Part shown: piece after piece, positions 31,153 to 41,738 of the stretch
How the letters are laid out: every line of letters starts with the position of its first letter
Numbering within the stretch: the stretch's first letter is position 1
NCBI GenBank assembly: GCA_963797095.1
Contig: CAWCNY010000003.1
Coordinates: 192,001-256,000 of the forward strand
Source of the DNA: an uncultured Chloroflexia bacterium
Lineage (GTDB): Bacteria > Chloroflexota > Chloroflexia > QHBQ01 > JADMIH01
Direction: 5' to 3'
Length of the DNA: 64,000 nt
Made by a program: the position numbers and the translations under genes
The notes under the pieces: model-generated
What the model was told of the DNA's origin: nothing
Seen by the model: only the letters and a program-made list of their open reading frames with translations
The model's database searches: none

Positions 31153-32082
31153 GTGAGCAATAACGAATTGTTAGAAACCCTGCACCAACTGCCGCCTCTC
31201 ATGCCGCAGTTTCTGCGCAAGAGGCGGGCGGGGGTGACGGCTCCCTCCGAAATAGCCGCCGAGCTAGGGATCGAACGCCCCCTCGTCTTCGCGATGGCGC
31301 AGCTTGACTACGTCGCAGGCATGTACGGGCAGGAAGGTGCGACCCTCGCTCAACTCCGCGCCTACGATCCCTACGAGGTAATCGACACCACCTCAGCGCC
31401 AATAACCACTCTCAAACAAGAAGGGCTGATCATTGAGGATGGCGACGGCATGATGACCCTCTCGCCCATAGCCCGCGACGCCGTCAATCGGTTTCAGGCG
31501 GCAGGCATCGAAGCGGTAGGCAGCAAGAGACCGCTCCCGCCGCAGGATCTGGAACAACTGGCAAGTTATCTGCAACGCGCAAGCGCAGCGGTTCAGGCCA
31601 ACCCCCTGTTCAAGTCAATACCTGGCGGTCATTTAAGGGGATATGTCGCTGCGAGCAGATATGGGCGCGGCTCAAACGACCCTATGGTCAGGATCGAACA
31701 GGCCATCTTCGAATTGTGGGGCGCAAGAGATGACGCCCACACCACCGCCTGGCGTAATGCCGGCCTCGAAGGCCCACCCTTCGATGTCCTCTCCCAAGTG
31801 TGGTCCGGCGCCGACACCATCGCCACCCTGTGCGAAGCCCTAAAATACAAGCAGACGCCCCAGGACATCGAAAGCAGCCTGGCGTGGCTAGCCGCATGCG
31901 ATCTCATCGAGCGTCACGGCAACAATGTCCACCTCACTCCAAAAGGCGTACTGATCCGCGAAGACATCGAAAGTGAAACCAACAGGATGTATTTTGAAGA
32001 CTGGCCTTTCAACCTGGACGAAGCAACGTGGATAGAGCACAACTTACGGCTCCTCATCGAGAGATTAGAGTCACCGCGCTAA
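31153..32082 (+). CDS. Hypothetical protein with two winged-helix-like segments
   Basis: Two ...L...GLI..../LT..G-type segments (LKQEGLII..LSP; LAACDLIE..LTPKG); TACAAT 6 nt before the GTG. Confidence 0.6.
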   Translation: MSNNELLETLHQLPPLMPQFLRKRRAGVTAPSEIAAELGIERPLVFAMAQLDYVAGMYGQEGATLAQLRAYDPYEVIDTTSAPITTLKQEGLIIEDGDGMMTLSPIARDAVNRFQAAGIEAVGSKRPLPPQDLEQLASYLQRASAAVQANPLFKSIPGGHLRGYVAASRYGRGSNDPMVRIEQAIFELWGARDDAHTTAWRNAGLEGPPFDVLSQVWSGADTIATLCEALKYKQTPQDIESSLAWLAACDLIERHGNNVHLTPKGVLIREDIESETNRMYFEDWPFNLDEATWIEHNLRLLIERLESPR

Positions 32083-32277
32083 GAGCCGAGCCGGTTGTGC
32101 TATTATAGACAGTGAAGCACAAGTATTGATAAGTTGCTACAACGATAGCGAGGCGAGAAATATGGTAACACAAGAGATAATTCGGCCTGATATTCTGATC
32201 CAAGTCGTAATGATCGGCCAATCGCGCTTGTAGAGATTAAGAACCTCAAGAATCTTTCAGCTGAGACAGCGCTACAA

Positions 32278-32622
32278 GTGCTTCAGAATTTGAGAGTCAT
32301 AGATGTGCTGGGAAGCATTCCTTTCGCATTCGTTCTGTCCCAGGAGAAGGGCTTTCTCTGGAAGGATCTATCTCAGAAGAGTTTTCCCACCCAACCCGTA
32401 ACTCCGTTTTCAATGAAGGAAGTTGTGCATCGATATTTGCCTGACCTGGAGGAGAACACCAGAGCTTTTGAGTCGACACTTGAGTTATTGGTACTCGGTT
32501 GGCTGATCGGTCTCACAGCCGTAGATGCTGATATCCAGGGCGAGCCTGAAACCACCCTGAAACAAGCAGGATTCATTGACGCCATAGAAGATGCGCTGGC
32601 TAACGTCCAACCAAGTATATGA
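32278..32622 (+). CDS. Low-GC hypothetical protein, possible partner of the PIN remnant; 5' end uncertain
   Basis: ORF whose stop overlaps an ATG (ATGA) at the start of the PIN remnant. Confidence 0.4.
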   Translation: MLQNLRVIDVLGSIPFAFVLSQEKGFLWKDLSQKSFPTQPVTPFSMKEVVHRYLPDLEENTRAFESTLELLVLGWLIGLTAVDADIQGEPETTLKQAGFIDAIEDALANVQPSI

Positions 32623-33069
32623 TCGTCTATGGCACGTATAGGTCAATCACTACAAAGCCAAATCCAACCACAACTCGAAAGATACCGATCTCAACACCAG
32701 ACCGTGAAGACGATTAGCGAACTGATCACTGGGCTGACGGCCATTAGCCAGGACTATAGCACCCGCCTTCAATCTACAGTCCAACTATTGACATAGGTTG
32801 CACGAACTATTCCTCAGTCTGCTGACATAATGGTGGAAGCCCTACAGTTCAGCCCCCTCTATGGTCTTTCCGTCCAAGACGCGATAATATACGCCAGTAT
32901 AGTGGGCGATTTGAGAGCACAAGACGTTAATGAGGAGAAATGCTTCGTCAGCGCAAATTCTAAGGACTTCAATACACCTGATATAAAGACCGAGCTAGAT
33001 ACTTACAATTGCAGGTACATCAGCAAGTTTGATCAAACGCTAAGCTATGTTCAAAGTCGCACAACTTGA
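32619..33069 (+). pseudogene. PIN-domain protein remnant
   Basis: C-terminus LSVQDAIIYAS...CFVSANSKDF is PIN-like; in-frame TAG near 32792; N-terminal MIVY is out of frame with the rest. Confidence 0.6.
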
Positions 33070-33866
33070 TGCAAGACATCACCGTCACATCCTGGAACGA
33101 ACTCAACGAGCGCCTCTATGAAGGCTCGTGGAACGAGAGGTTGGGGCGCTTCAGGTCGCCCCTCGCCTACCGGGGCATGCAAGACGCTGCGTTCGACCTG
33201 ACCACCAGCCTGGCCCGCCTCGGCGGCGAGTACCTCAAGCACGAAGACGACCTGATCCGCAACCTCCGCAAGTACGCCTTCCCTCAGATAAGCAACATGG
33301 GCGACTCGGTGTGGCACTGGCTTGCCCTTGGCCAGCACCACGGCCTCCCCACCCGTATGCTCGACTGGACCTACTCCCCCTTCGTCGCCCTCCACTTCGC
33401 CACCGCCGATATAGAGCTATACAACCGCGACGGCGTCGTATGGTGCGTCAACTACCTCGAAAGCAACCGCCTCTTGCCCAACAGCCTCAAAGGTGTGCTC
33501 GACAAATACGACACCAACATCTTCACCGCCGAGATGCTCACCGAAGCCGCCGCCTCCTTACCTGAGTTCGAGCAGCTTTCCGAGGACGAATTCGTGGTCT
33601 TCCTCGAACCCCCATCCCTCGACCAACGGATCGTCAACCAGTACGCGCTCTTCTCCCTTATGTCAAGCCCAGGGGCCGACCTCGATGAATGGCTGTGCCA
33701 GCACCCCCAACTCTACCGCAGGATAATCATCCCGGCCAACCTCAAATGGGAGATCCGCGACAAGTTGGATCAAGCCAACATCACAGAGCGCGTGCTATTC
33801 CCCGGCCTCGACGGCCTGAGCGCCTGGCTCAAGCGCTACTACAGCCCCCGGATCCCTCCACCATGA
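33066..33866 (+). CDS. FRG domain protein
   Basis: AYRG, LGQHHGLPTRMLDWT.SPFVALHFA, RIVNQYALF, LFPGLDG. Confidence 0.92.
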   Translation: MMQDITVTSWNELNERLYEGSWNERLGRFRSPLAYRGMQDAAFDLTTSLARLGGEYLKHEDDLIRNLRKYAFPQISNMGDSVWHWLALGQHHGLPTRMLDWTYSPFVALHFATADIELYNRDGVVWCVNYLESNRLLPNSLKGVLDKYDTNIFTAEMLTEAAASLPEFEQLSEDEFVVFLEPPSLDQRIVNQYALFSLMSSPGADLDEWLCQHPQLYRRIIIPANLKWEIRDKLDQANITERVLFPGLDGLSAWLKRYYSPRIPPP

Positions 33867-35005
33867 GGTTCCTCTCCTGGCCCGAAGTCTGCAAGCGCCG
33901 TCTCTCCCGCCAGCATTTGCTGAAACCTGCCCCTCTCACCGACATAGCGCAGGTCGTCGGCGACCTTTGTGGAGTACAGGCCCAGATAATCACCGCCGCC
34001 GAGCTTGCCACATGTGCGCGGGTAGAAGGCTCAACACAGGACGACATCCGCAAGGCACTCTGGCATGACCGCACCCTGGTCAAGACCTACGGCCCCCGCA
34101 ACACCCTCCACCTCTTTCCCTCCGATGAGTTGCCCTTCTGGATGGCTGCCATGCGCGCCCGCGCCCTCATACACCAACCCCAATGGCACGAAGCAGCTGG
34201 GCTGAACCCCACTCAAGCCGAATCGCTTCTCTCCGCAATAGGCCAGGCTCTCGACGGCAAATGCCTCACGCGAGAAGAGCTTGCCGCCCAGGTCTCCGAA
34301 CGCCTGGGACCCTGGGCCAAAGAAAGGCTCTCCTCCACCTGGGGCGAACTCCTCACCCCCGCAGCCTACGCAGGACTTCTCTGCTTCGGGCCAAGCCAGG
34401 GCAGCAAAGTGACCTTTGTGCGCGCCGACCAATGGATCAACCACTGGAAGGAAATCGACCCTACCCGCGCCCTCAAGGAAGCCACCCGCCGCTACCTGGC
34501 AGCCTACGGCCCCGCCACCCATAGGGATGTCGGCCATTGGTTCTGGCTCAAGCCCGACCCCGCCCGCCATCTGCTCGAATCGCTAGGCGACGAGATAGAA
34601 CAGGTCGAATTCGAAGGACGACAGGCATGGGTCCTGACCAACGACGCCGAAGCAGAACAAACCCCCGGCCATAAAGCCCCTGCGGTACGCCTCCTCCCTC
34701 AATACGACACCTGCGTGCTGGGCAACGGCCCGCGAGACCGCATAGTGCCCGAAACCGCCCGCAAGCGTATCTTCTCCTACGGGCGCGGACGCTTCGAGGG
34801 CGCGGTCGGCCTACCAGTCCTCCTGATCGACGGCGTAGTTGCGGGCATTTGGGATCGCAAAACTCGAGCCAAGTCCGTCGAAATCAGAGTAGAATCCTTC
34901 ACTCAACTAACACCCCACCAGCAAACTCAGTTGGAATTGGAAGCCCACCGCATCGGCCATGTCCTCGATCTTCAACCCACCCTCACCACCGCCAACCTCG
35001 ACTAG
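33863..35005 (+). CDS. AlkZ/YcaQ-like (HTH_42) DNA glycosylase
   Basis: CGVQAQ (QxQ), RNTLHL, RYLAAYGPAT..D..W, RLLPQYD, LIDGVVAGIW. Confidence 0.88.
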   Translation: MRFLSWPEVCKRRLSRQHLLKPAPLTDIAQVVGDLCGVQAQIITAAELATCARVEGSTQDDIRKALWHDRTLVKTYGPRNTLHLFPSDELPFWMAAMRARALIHQPQWHEAAGLNPTQAESLLSAIGQALDGKCLTREELAAQVSERLGPWAKERLSSTWGELLTPAAYAGLLCFGPSQGSKVTFVRADQWINHWKEIDPTRALKEATRRYLAAYGPATHRDVGHWFWLKPDPARHLLESLGDEIEQVEFEGRQAWVLTNDAEAEQTPGHKAPAVRLLPQYDTCVLGNGPRDRIVPETARKRIFSYGRGRFEGAVGLPVLLIDGVVAGIWDRKTRAKSVEIRVESFTQLTPHQQTQLELEAHRIGHVLDLQPTLTTANLD

Positions 35006-35046
35006 GAAAATAGGCCCGATACATGCTATTCTATAACTCACAAACC

Positions 35047-35081
35047 AATCCGCAATCCAAAATCTAAAATCCAAAATCAAA
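35047..35081. repeat. Heptamer array (AATCCRM)x5
   Basis: AATCCGC AATCCAA AATCTAA AATCCAA AATCAAA, ending just before ATG 35083. Confidence 0.8.
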
Positions 35082-35082
35082 G

Positions 35083-35869
35083 ATGCCTCACCTTGACACC
35101 AAACAACGCGAAAAATGGCCCGCCCCCAGCTCCGGCCCCTCTCACGAACAGACCGAGCGCGAAGTAGCCACCGCGCTCGACGAAGTTTCCGAACACCCTC
35201 TCAAAGCCAAAGCGCGCGCCGTTCTCGCCCTCCTGCGCGAAGAGTACGGCGAGCCGAACTGGCCCATCCTCGACCCCCTCGGCACCCTCATTGAGACTAT
35301 GCTCTCCCACCGCACCGCCGACCCCCAGACCTGGGCTGCCTACCAGGAGCTTCGCCGCCGCTTCCCCGACTGGCAGCAGGTGATCGACGCCCCCACCGCC
35401 GAAGTAGACGACGCAATCAGTCGTACCACCTTCCACGAACAAAAGGCCCCTCGCATCCAGAAGGTCCTCCAGCGCGTCAAAGAAGAACATGGCAGCTTCG
35501 ACCTCGACTTCCTCAACGACATGCTCCTCGACGAGGCCAACGCCTGGCTGCAAAGCCTCGGCGGGGTCGGCCCCAAAACCGCCGCCTGCGTCCTCCTCTT
35601 CGCCTGCAAGCGCCCCGTTCTCCCCGTAGACACCCACGTCCACCGAGTCGAGCATCCGCCTCGGTCTCATCGGCCCCAAAGTCAGCGCCGACGACGCCCA
35701 CGATCAGCTCCTCGCCCTCCTCCCCGACCCCGACAACGCCCAGGACGTGCTGGCCTTCCACCGCGATATGCTCCTCCACGGCCAGCGCATCTGCGTCTGG
35801 GACCGCCCCAAATGCGAGAAGTGCGTCCTCCGCGAGTGGTGCGACTACTATGCCACCCTCCGACAGTGA
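35083..35869 (+). CDS. nth: Endonuclease III-like HhH-GPD glycosylase, +1 frameshift near 35650
   Basis: LGGVGPKTA, PVDTHVHRV; the shifted frame supplies HGQRIC-X6-C-X2-C-X5-C ([4Fe-4S] motif); length 3n+1. Confidence 0.87.
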
Positions 35870-35920
35870 TTGGGGAGCCTTTGGAGAACCTCACGATTTA
35901 CATGGTATGATTGTTGTCAA

Positions 35921-36211
35921 ATGGAAATCATCCTTACAGACGACATCGAGAAAGCTTTGATCATGGAAGCTAAAGAGCGCGGGACCACTCCTGAAGCGCT
36001 GGCCCTGGAGAGCTTGCGCCGTGAATTCGTGCATCCACCAGCCCAGGATGGTTCGCCACCAATCGAAGGCACGCTTGCCGACTATCTCTCCGAATATGTA
36101 GGGATCCTGCATAGCGGTGAGCATGTCCCCGGTGGAGCGGGGCTCTCTTAAGCGATAGATGATGAGTTTGTAAAGTTGCTTGTTGCAAAGCGGCGGCAAG
36201 GCCACCTGTAA
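35921..36211 (+). pseudogene. Putative antitoxin with premature TAA at 36149-36151
   Basis: RHH-like N-terminus (EAKERGTTPEALA); reading through the stop gives ..KRRQGHL* ending 4 nt before the PIN gene. Confidence 0.55.
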
Positions 36212-36215
36212 GCTT

Positions 36216-36584
36216 GTGATATTGACCGATACAGGGCCGATTGTCGCACTGCTAGACGCGGACGACCCTAACCATGCCCGTTGCCTGGCCCTTGCAAAGC
36301 AGCTACCTGCTGGACCGATGCTCACTACATGGCCTTGCTTCACGGAAGCCATGTACTTGCTTGGCTCGGTGGGAGGCTTTCCATATCAGGCAACGCTCTG
36401 GCGGCTCTTGGCTGGTGGGCGGCTCGCATTGCGTGACCTAACTTCTCCAGAGATTGAGCGCATGGCGTCATTGATGGAGAAATACCGGGACACGCCGATG
36501 GATCTTGCCGATGCCTCTCTCCTAGTTGTTGCCGAGAGTCTTTCCCTAAGACAGATATTTTTGGTCTTACCCCAGTCCAGTTGA
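36216..36584 (+). CDS. VapC-like PIN toxin, C-terminus apparently truncated
   Basis: ILTDTGPIVAL, TEAMYLL, MDLADASL; the final T.D.DF motif is missing. Confidence 0.8.
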   Translation: MILTDTGPIVALLDADDPNHARCLALAKQLPAGPMLTTWPCFTEAMYLLGSVGGFPYQATLWRLLAGGRLALRDLTSPEIERMASLMEKYRDTPMDLADASLLVVAESLSLRQIFLVLPQSS

Positions 36585-36800
36585 CACGACGAGAACTCCG
36601 AAAAAATACCATCCTAAACGGCCTACATTGGATTACCTACACCCCACTCAGCCCTAAGTCCTACCCAAAATCGTGCTAAAATACACCCATAGTACGTTAC
36701 TCTCCGCGTGCCAAACTGCTATATTTTAGAGAGCACAAGTACGGTCTTTCTATGCCGCGCAAGTGCATAATATTGCAGTTTTTGAGAGCAAATTTGAGTT

Positions 36801-38144
36801 ATGAGCGAGGAGAGTGAGAGCATGGAAGCCACCATCAGACGACAGAGACCGCGCTTGGGAATAACAAACAAGATCGCTAGCTGGGCGCGCAACACCCCCA
36901 TCGCCCGCTACCCCGACCTGGGCCTCATTTGCCTGGGCATCTTCATCATGCTCGTCGGCGTCGGCGCTATCGTACCCGTCCGCGCCATCTACGCGCGCGA
37001 CCACGGTGCCACCCTCGAAGAGATCGGCTTCATGGCCTCCGCCTTCCTGCTCGGCCAGTTCCTCTTCCAGCTTCCCGGCGGTTGGGCCTCCGACAGGTGG
37101 GGCCGCAAGCCCATCCTCGTCGTAGGCGTCGCCGTAGGAGCCATCGTCTCCTTCCTCTTCCTGCTGAACGACAACGCGTGGTACTTCGTGGCCCTCCGCT
37201 TCATCGAGGGCATCGCCAGCGGCATAGTCGTGCCCGCCGCCAACGCATACGTGATCGACACCGTACCCGCCAAAGAGCGCGGTGCTGCCTTCGGTTGGCT
37301 CGGCTCGGCCTTCAGCGCTGGCTTCATGATGGGCCCCGCCATCGGCGGCCCAATGAGCGACTGGCTCGGCTACCCCGCCCCCTTCATCTTCGGCGGTATC
37401 ACCGGCCTCATCACCACCTCCTTCCTCTTCTGGAAGATGACCAACATCAAGCCCGGCGAGCGCACAGCACCCGCAGACGATGCCCTCGCCACAGGCGAAA
37501 ACGAGGACAAGGCCACCCGCCGCATACCCCAATGGCTCTTCGCACCTGCGGTGGTCGCCGCCATGGCCTTCATCATAGCCCAGGGCTTTGGCGATGGCCT
37601 CTTCATCTCCATCTGGACGATCTGGCTCGACGACCTCAACGCCAGCACCTCCTACATCGGGCTTACCTTCATCACCTTCTCCCTACCCCTCATGCTCTTC
37701 ATGCCAACTACCGGCAAGTTCGCCGACAGATACAGGCTGTCCCTCCTGATCGCCATCCCCAACGCCCTCCTGACCATCGTCTACTTCTCCTACACCGTCA
37801 CTACCAACCTGGTCCTGATCGCCTCGGTGGGCATCCTCGAAGGTGCGCTCCTCTCGATCAGCATCCCTGCCCTCAGCTCCTTCATAGCCAACCTCTCGCC
37901 CGACAACTCACGCGGCAAGCTACAGGGTATCTTCAGCACTACCCGCACCATAGCGGGCTTCGTAAGCTCCATAGCCACCGCCTTCCTCTACAAGTTCAGC
38001 ATGACCACCCCCTTCCTCGTGCTAGCGATCTCCCAGGTCACCATAAGCGCGGCCGCCGGCCTCCTCGCCTTCTACGTCGAGCAAAGGGCCAGGCGCTCCG
38101 CTCCCGCGACCGCTCCCATAGAGGCAGAAATAGCAGCCGCCTAG
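36801..38144 (+). CDS. MFS transporter (DHA1-like)
   Basis: 12 TM helices; motif A GWASDRWGRK; motif C GPAIGG. Confidence 0.93.
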   Translation: MSEESESMEATIRRQRPRLGITNKIASWARNTPIARYPDLGLICLGIFIMLVGVGAIVPVRAIYARDHGATLEEIGFMASAFLLGQFLFQLPGGWASDRWGRKPILVVGVAVGAIVSFLFLLNDNAWYFVALRFIEGIASGIVVPAANAYVIDTVPAKERGAAFGWLGSAFSAGFMMGPAIGGPMSDWLGYPAPFIFGGITGLITTSFLFWKMTNIKPGERTAPADDALATGENEDKATRRIPQWLFAPAVVAAMAFIIAQGFGDGLFISIWTIWLDDLNASTSYIGLTFITFSLPLMLFMPTTGKFADRYRLSLLIAIPNALLTIVYFSYTVTTNLVLIASVGILEGALLSISIPALSSFIANLSPDNSRGKLQGIFSTTRTIAGFVSSIATAFLYKFSMTTPFLVLAISQVTISAAAGLLAFYVEQRARRSAPATAPIEAEIAAA

Positions 38145-38243
38145 CTCAAACCCAAGTCGCGCAGGGTGGAACCTCTCCCCTCGTTCGGGTGTACTCCTTC
38201 AAACTACATCACAAGGATCTCTTACAACAACCCATGAGGAACC

Positions 38244-38272
38244 GTATGGGGCGGCTTCAAACCCGCCCCTGC
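38244..38272. repeat. Degenerate GTAG-type REP-like palindrome
   Basis: GTATGGGGCGGCTTCAAACCCGCCCCTGC. Confidence 0.5.
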
Positions 38273-38306
38273 GTGCAGGGCTTGCAAGGTCCCAAGGAGC
38301 GCCCGA

Positions 38307-40151
38307 ATGAAGCGACTATTCGCATCGGTCGTTGGATTACTTCTGCTCTGCGCGCCAATCCTCCCGGCGAGCGGACCTCCCCTTACGTGGCCCGTCACAG
38401 CGGCCAACCTCTCAGCCCCTCCCGTTGTGGGTCGCGAAGACCTCCCCAATGGCGTCACCTCCGAGATCGTCCTGGCCGATATGCACCAGCCTGTCGCCAT
38501 GGCCTTCGACCCGCAAGGCCGCCTCTTCTACACCGAAAAGGACACCGGCAATGTGCGCCTCTTCGCCAACAACACCCTCCAGTCCGACCCCGTAATCACC
38601 TTCAACGTCGAAAGCACCAACGAGCGCGGCCTCCTCGGCATAGCCATCGACCCCAGCTTCACGTCCAACCACTACATCTACGTCTTCTACACCTGCGCGC
38701 CCGGCCCCGGCTGCCCCACCCTCGAAAACCGCGTGGCCCGCTTCGTCGAAAACAACGGCGTCGGCTCCGACCCCACCACCATCTTCACCATTCCCCAGAC
38801 CGCCGACCATCACAACGGAGGCAACATCCACTTCGGCCCTGATGGCAAGCTCTACATCTCCGTGGGCGACAACGCCGAGCCTGCCAACGGCCAGGATGTC
38901 ACCGTCCCCAACGGCAAAATGCACCGCATCAATCCCGACGGCACCATCCCCACCGACAACCCCGTCTTCACCCGGACAGGTGCCCTACCCTCCCTCTACG
39001 CCATCGGCCTCCGCAACAGCTTCGACTTCACCTTTGATCCCGTCGTGCCCGGCAGAATATTCGCCACCGAGAACGGCCCCAACTGCGACGACGAGATGAA
39101 CCGTATCGAGGCGGGCTTCAACTACGGCTGGCGCGCCGACTACCCCTGCGACGACCCCAACCCCGATGGACCCGATCGCACCTACAACACTATCGCTCCT
39201 CTCTGGAGCTTGATCGGCCCTTGCTGCCCCGCCCCCACCGGCATCACGGTCTACACCGGCGACCAGATCCCCCAGTGGCACAACGACCTCTTCATGTCCG
39301 TCTTTCAGACGCCCCGCAGGCTCTACCACTTCTACCTCAACGCCGACCGCACTGAATTGACCGCCGCCAACCTCGTCCCCGACATCTTCGCCAACATGGA
39401 CCTCGAAACCGGACCCGACGGCGCGCTCTGGTACATCAACGGCGGCGGCTTCGGCCCCGGCACCCTCAACCGCATAGCAGCAGGCGCTCCCACCACCCCC
39501 GAAACCAACCCCACTTCCCCCACACTACCCGGCCCTACAGCGGGCCCCACTTCCACTCCTTCCGCGCCGCTACCCACCATCCCCGGCACCAACAGTCAGA
39601 CCTTCCCCGAAACAGGGCACACCATTCAGGGCATCTTCCTCGACTACTGGAACAACCACGGCGCCCTCCCCCAGCAAGGCTACCCCATCTCCGACCTGAT
39701 AGCCGAGGTATCCGACCTGGATGGCAAGCCCTACACCGTCCAGTACTTCGAGCGCGCCGTCTTTGAGTACCACCCAGAACAAACCGACCCCCAATACCAG
39801 ATACTCCTATCTCAGCTAGGCACCTTCCGCTACCAACAGACATACCCCGAAGGAGCGCCCATCCAGACCCCCAACACCTCCGAAGGCTCCATCCTCTTCC
39901 CCCAAACAGGCAAGCGCCTCGGAGGCACATTCCTCCAGTACTGGCAAACCCATGGCGGTCTCGCTCAGCAGGGCTATCCCATCTCCGACGAGTTCACCGA
40001 AACATCCGATTTTGACGGCCAACCCTACACAGTCCAATACTTCGAGCGTGCCGTCTTCGAACTCCACCCCGAGAACACAGGTACTCCCTACGAAGTCCTT
40101 CTATCTCAACTAGGCACCTTCCAATACCAGAACAAATACAATAACCCCTGA
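38307..40151 (+). CDS. Secreted PQQ-dependent glucose/sorbosone dehydrogenase-family protein with duplicated C-terminal repeat
   Basis: Signal peptide; ERGLLGIA, HNGGNIHFGPDGKLY, GLRNSF; PT linker; two FP.TG...GYPISD...VQYFERAVFE.HPE repeats. Confidence 0.9.
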   Translation: MKRLFASVVGLLLLCAPILPASGPPLTWPVTAANLSAPPVVGREDLPNGVTSEIVLADMHQPVAMAFDPQGRLFYTEKDTGNVRLFANNTLQSDPVITFNVESTNERGLLGIAIDPSFTSNHYIYVFYTCAPGPGCPTLENRVARFVENNGVGSDPTTIFTIPQTADHHNGGNIHFGPDGKLYISVGDNAEPANGQDVTVPNGKMHRINPDGTIPTDNPVFTRTGALPSLYAIGLRNSFDFTFDPVVPGRIFATENGPNCDDEMNRIEAGFNYGWRADYPCDDPNPDGPDRTYNTIAPLWSLIGPCCPAPTGITVYTGDQIPQWHNDLFMSVFQTPRRLYHFYLNADRTELTAANLVPDIFANMDLETGPDGALWYINGGGFGPGTLNRIAAGAPTTPETNPTSPTLPGPTAGPTSTPSAPLPTIPGTNSQTFPETGHTIQGIFLDYWNNHGALPQQGYPISDLIAEVSDLDGKPYTVQYFERAVFEYHPEQTDPQYQILLSQLGTFRYQQTYPEGAPIQTPNTSEGSILFPQTGKRLGGTFLQYWQTHGGLAQQGYPISDEFTETSDFDGQPYTVQYFERAVFELHPENTGTPYEVLLSQLGTFQYQNKYNNP

Positions 40152-40611
40152 CAAACCCTACGCCAGCACTTGCTCAGGGGGTTGCAGGGGACTCCCGTAC
40201 TATGGTTCGAGGAGTCCCCAACTCTTCCTTTACTTACCCACCTGAAAGGGGGTGCAGGGGGTTTGGGGGTGTCCCCCAACTCTCATCTTCTTTCTACTCT
40301 CCACTCTCCCCATGAAGAACCTGAGTACATGACCGTTTTATGAGGGAGAAGAAACAAACGGCTCAGCCGGTGCTTCCACTCCTGGCCCTCGGCAGGACCG
40401 TGTAAACAACGACGAGCACAACGCCTCCGGGCTAACCCTCGCCTCGACTTGGCCCGTGCTCAATGCCGTCTGTTAGCACATGTCGTGCGTCGGAGGTGAG
40501 GTAGGCTTGTTTTGCTGCATGACGCCACTACTACAGGTGTAAAAGGACACATGGGAAGAGAGTAAGTACCAGGTAGGATATGTTGGCTAACAGGCAGGCA
40601 GAACGATCGGG

Positions 40612-41556
40612 CTACCAACCAAAATAGTCCCCAAGCGAGGCCAGCACTTCGGTAAAATCAAGGAACCTGTAAAACTCATCGTCAACGTTCCCATCGCTAT
40701 CCTCAACCGTCCACCAGGCCGACAGCACAGCCTGCGCCATCGCCCACCCGTAAATGCGCCGGCGATCGAACCCCAGTTCATCCGCCAACTGATCCATGCG
40801 CCGCTTCAGGATACGGCCAGGCTCCGGCTCAAACAATATCTGGGGCACCGGATTGCGAATCAGCGCCCCGATCTCATACTCAGCCTCGCCAACCACACCA
40901 TGCGGGTCAATCGCGAGCCAGGGTTGGCGCTCCGCCGACAGGATATTGTAGTGGTGCAAATCTCCGTGTAACACCACACGCACGCCCTGCGACGGCAAAA
41001 GCTCGGCGTAAAGCCGCTCCGCCTTGTCCACCACATAAGCCGGGAATGGACCCGTGCCGCCGTTGTACCGGGCGCGCAACTCAACCAGACCTTGCGCCCA
41101 CTCCTCCACGCTCGGAAAGCGATGGCCCTCCGGTGCTGGGTGCCGTATCTGGCGCATCACAGATGCCGCGATCGAAGTGGCTTGCGCATCGTCCTCCAGC
41201 GTCGATAGCATCACCCCAGGCTCGATCCTCTCAAGCAGCATCACACCCAACTCAGGATCGTACTCAAGCATAGCCACCGCGCCCACTCCCCCATAAATGC
41301 GGAGCGCATCGGCCTCCGCCGAGAACTCGCGGCTGGGGAAGCACTTGATCACAAGCCGCGTGCCATCCGCGCGCACAGCGGGCGCGACGTAGTTGTACGA
41401 CAACCCGTCGAACGGCGGGCCAATCGCGATAGACCACCGCCTCTCACAATCCTCAAGGATCGCGGGCAGTTCCCGGAGCCACTCGACACCACGAACGCCG
41501 CGTTCGCTGGTGTTCTTATAGATAAATACAGGCGGCAGAAAGAACGGTGCAGGCAT
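40612..41556 (-). CDS. APH(6)/hydroxyurea kinase-family phosphotransferase
   Basis: WLRELP, MLLERIEPG, VLHGDLHHYNIL, WLAIDPHGVVGE. Confidence 0.88.
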   Translation of the reverse strand: MPAPFFLPPVFIYKNTSERGVRGVEWLRELPAILEDCERRWSIAIGPPFDGLSYNYVAPAVRADGTRLVIKCFPSREFSAEADALRIYGGVGAVAMLEYDPELGVMLLERIEPGVMLSTLEDDAQATSIAASVMRQIRHPAPEGHRFPSVEEWAQGLVELRARYNGGTGPFPAYVVDKAERLYAELLPSQGVRVVLHGDLHHYNILSAERQPWLAIDPHGVVGEAEYEIGALIRNPVPQILFEPEPGRILKRRMDQLADELGFDRRRIYGWAMAQAVLSAWWTVEDSDGNVDDEFYRFLDFTEVLASLGDYFGW

Positions 41557-41738
41557 ATTGTCTGAACTTCAGTACGGGCGTAGATCTACGAGAGTATGGA
41601 TCGCTATGCGGAACCTATGAAGGAAATCATCATCCTTCGCTCAGGATGACACATCTCTAGTTGACACTTCAAGCCTGGAATTCCTGCTCCCCGATCTGGT
41701 CTGATACGCACGGACAGACAAGTAAGTTCATCCTCTGA

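Noticed and set aside
36929-38842. 637-aa ORF overlapping the MFS and dehydrogenase genes
   Set aside because: Arg/Pro/His-rich shadow frame produced by C-ending codon bias; no motifs
40612-41556. Acquired streptomycin resistance gene (strB)
   Set aside because: Only family-level motifs, host-like composition and no mobile context; substrate unknown
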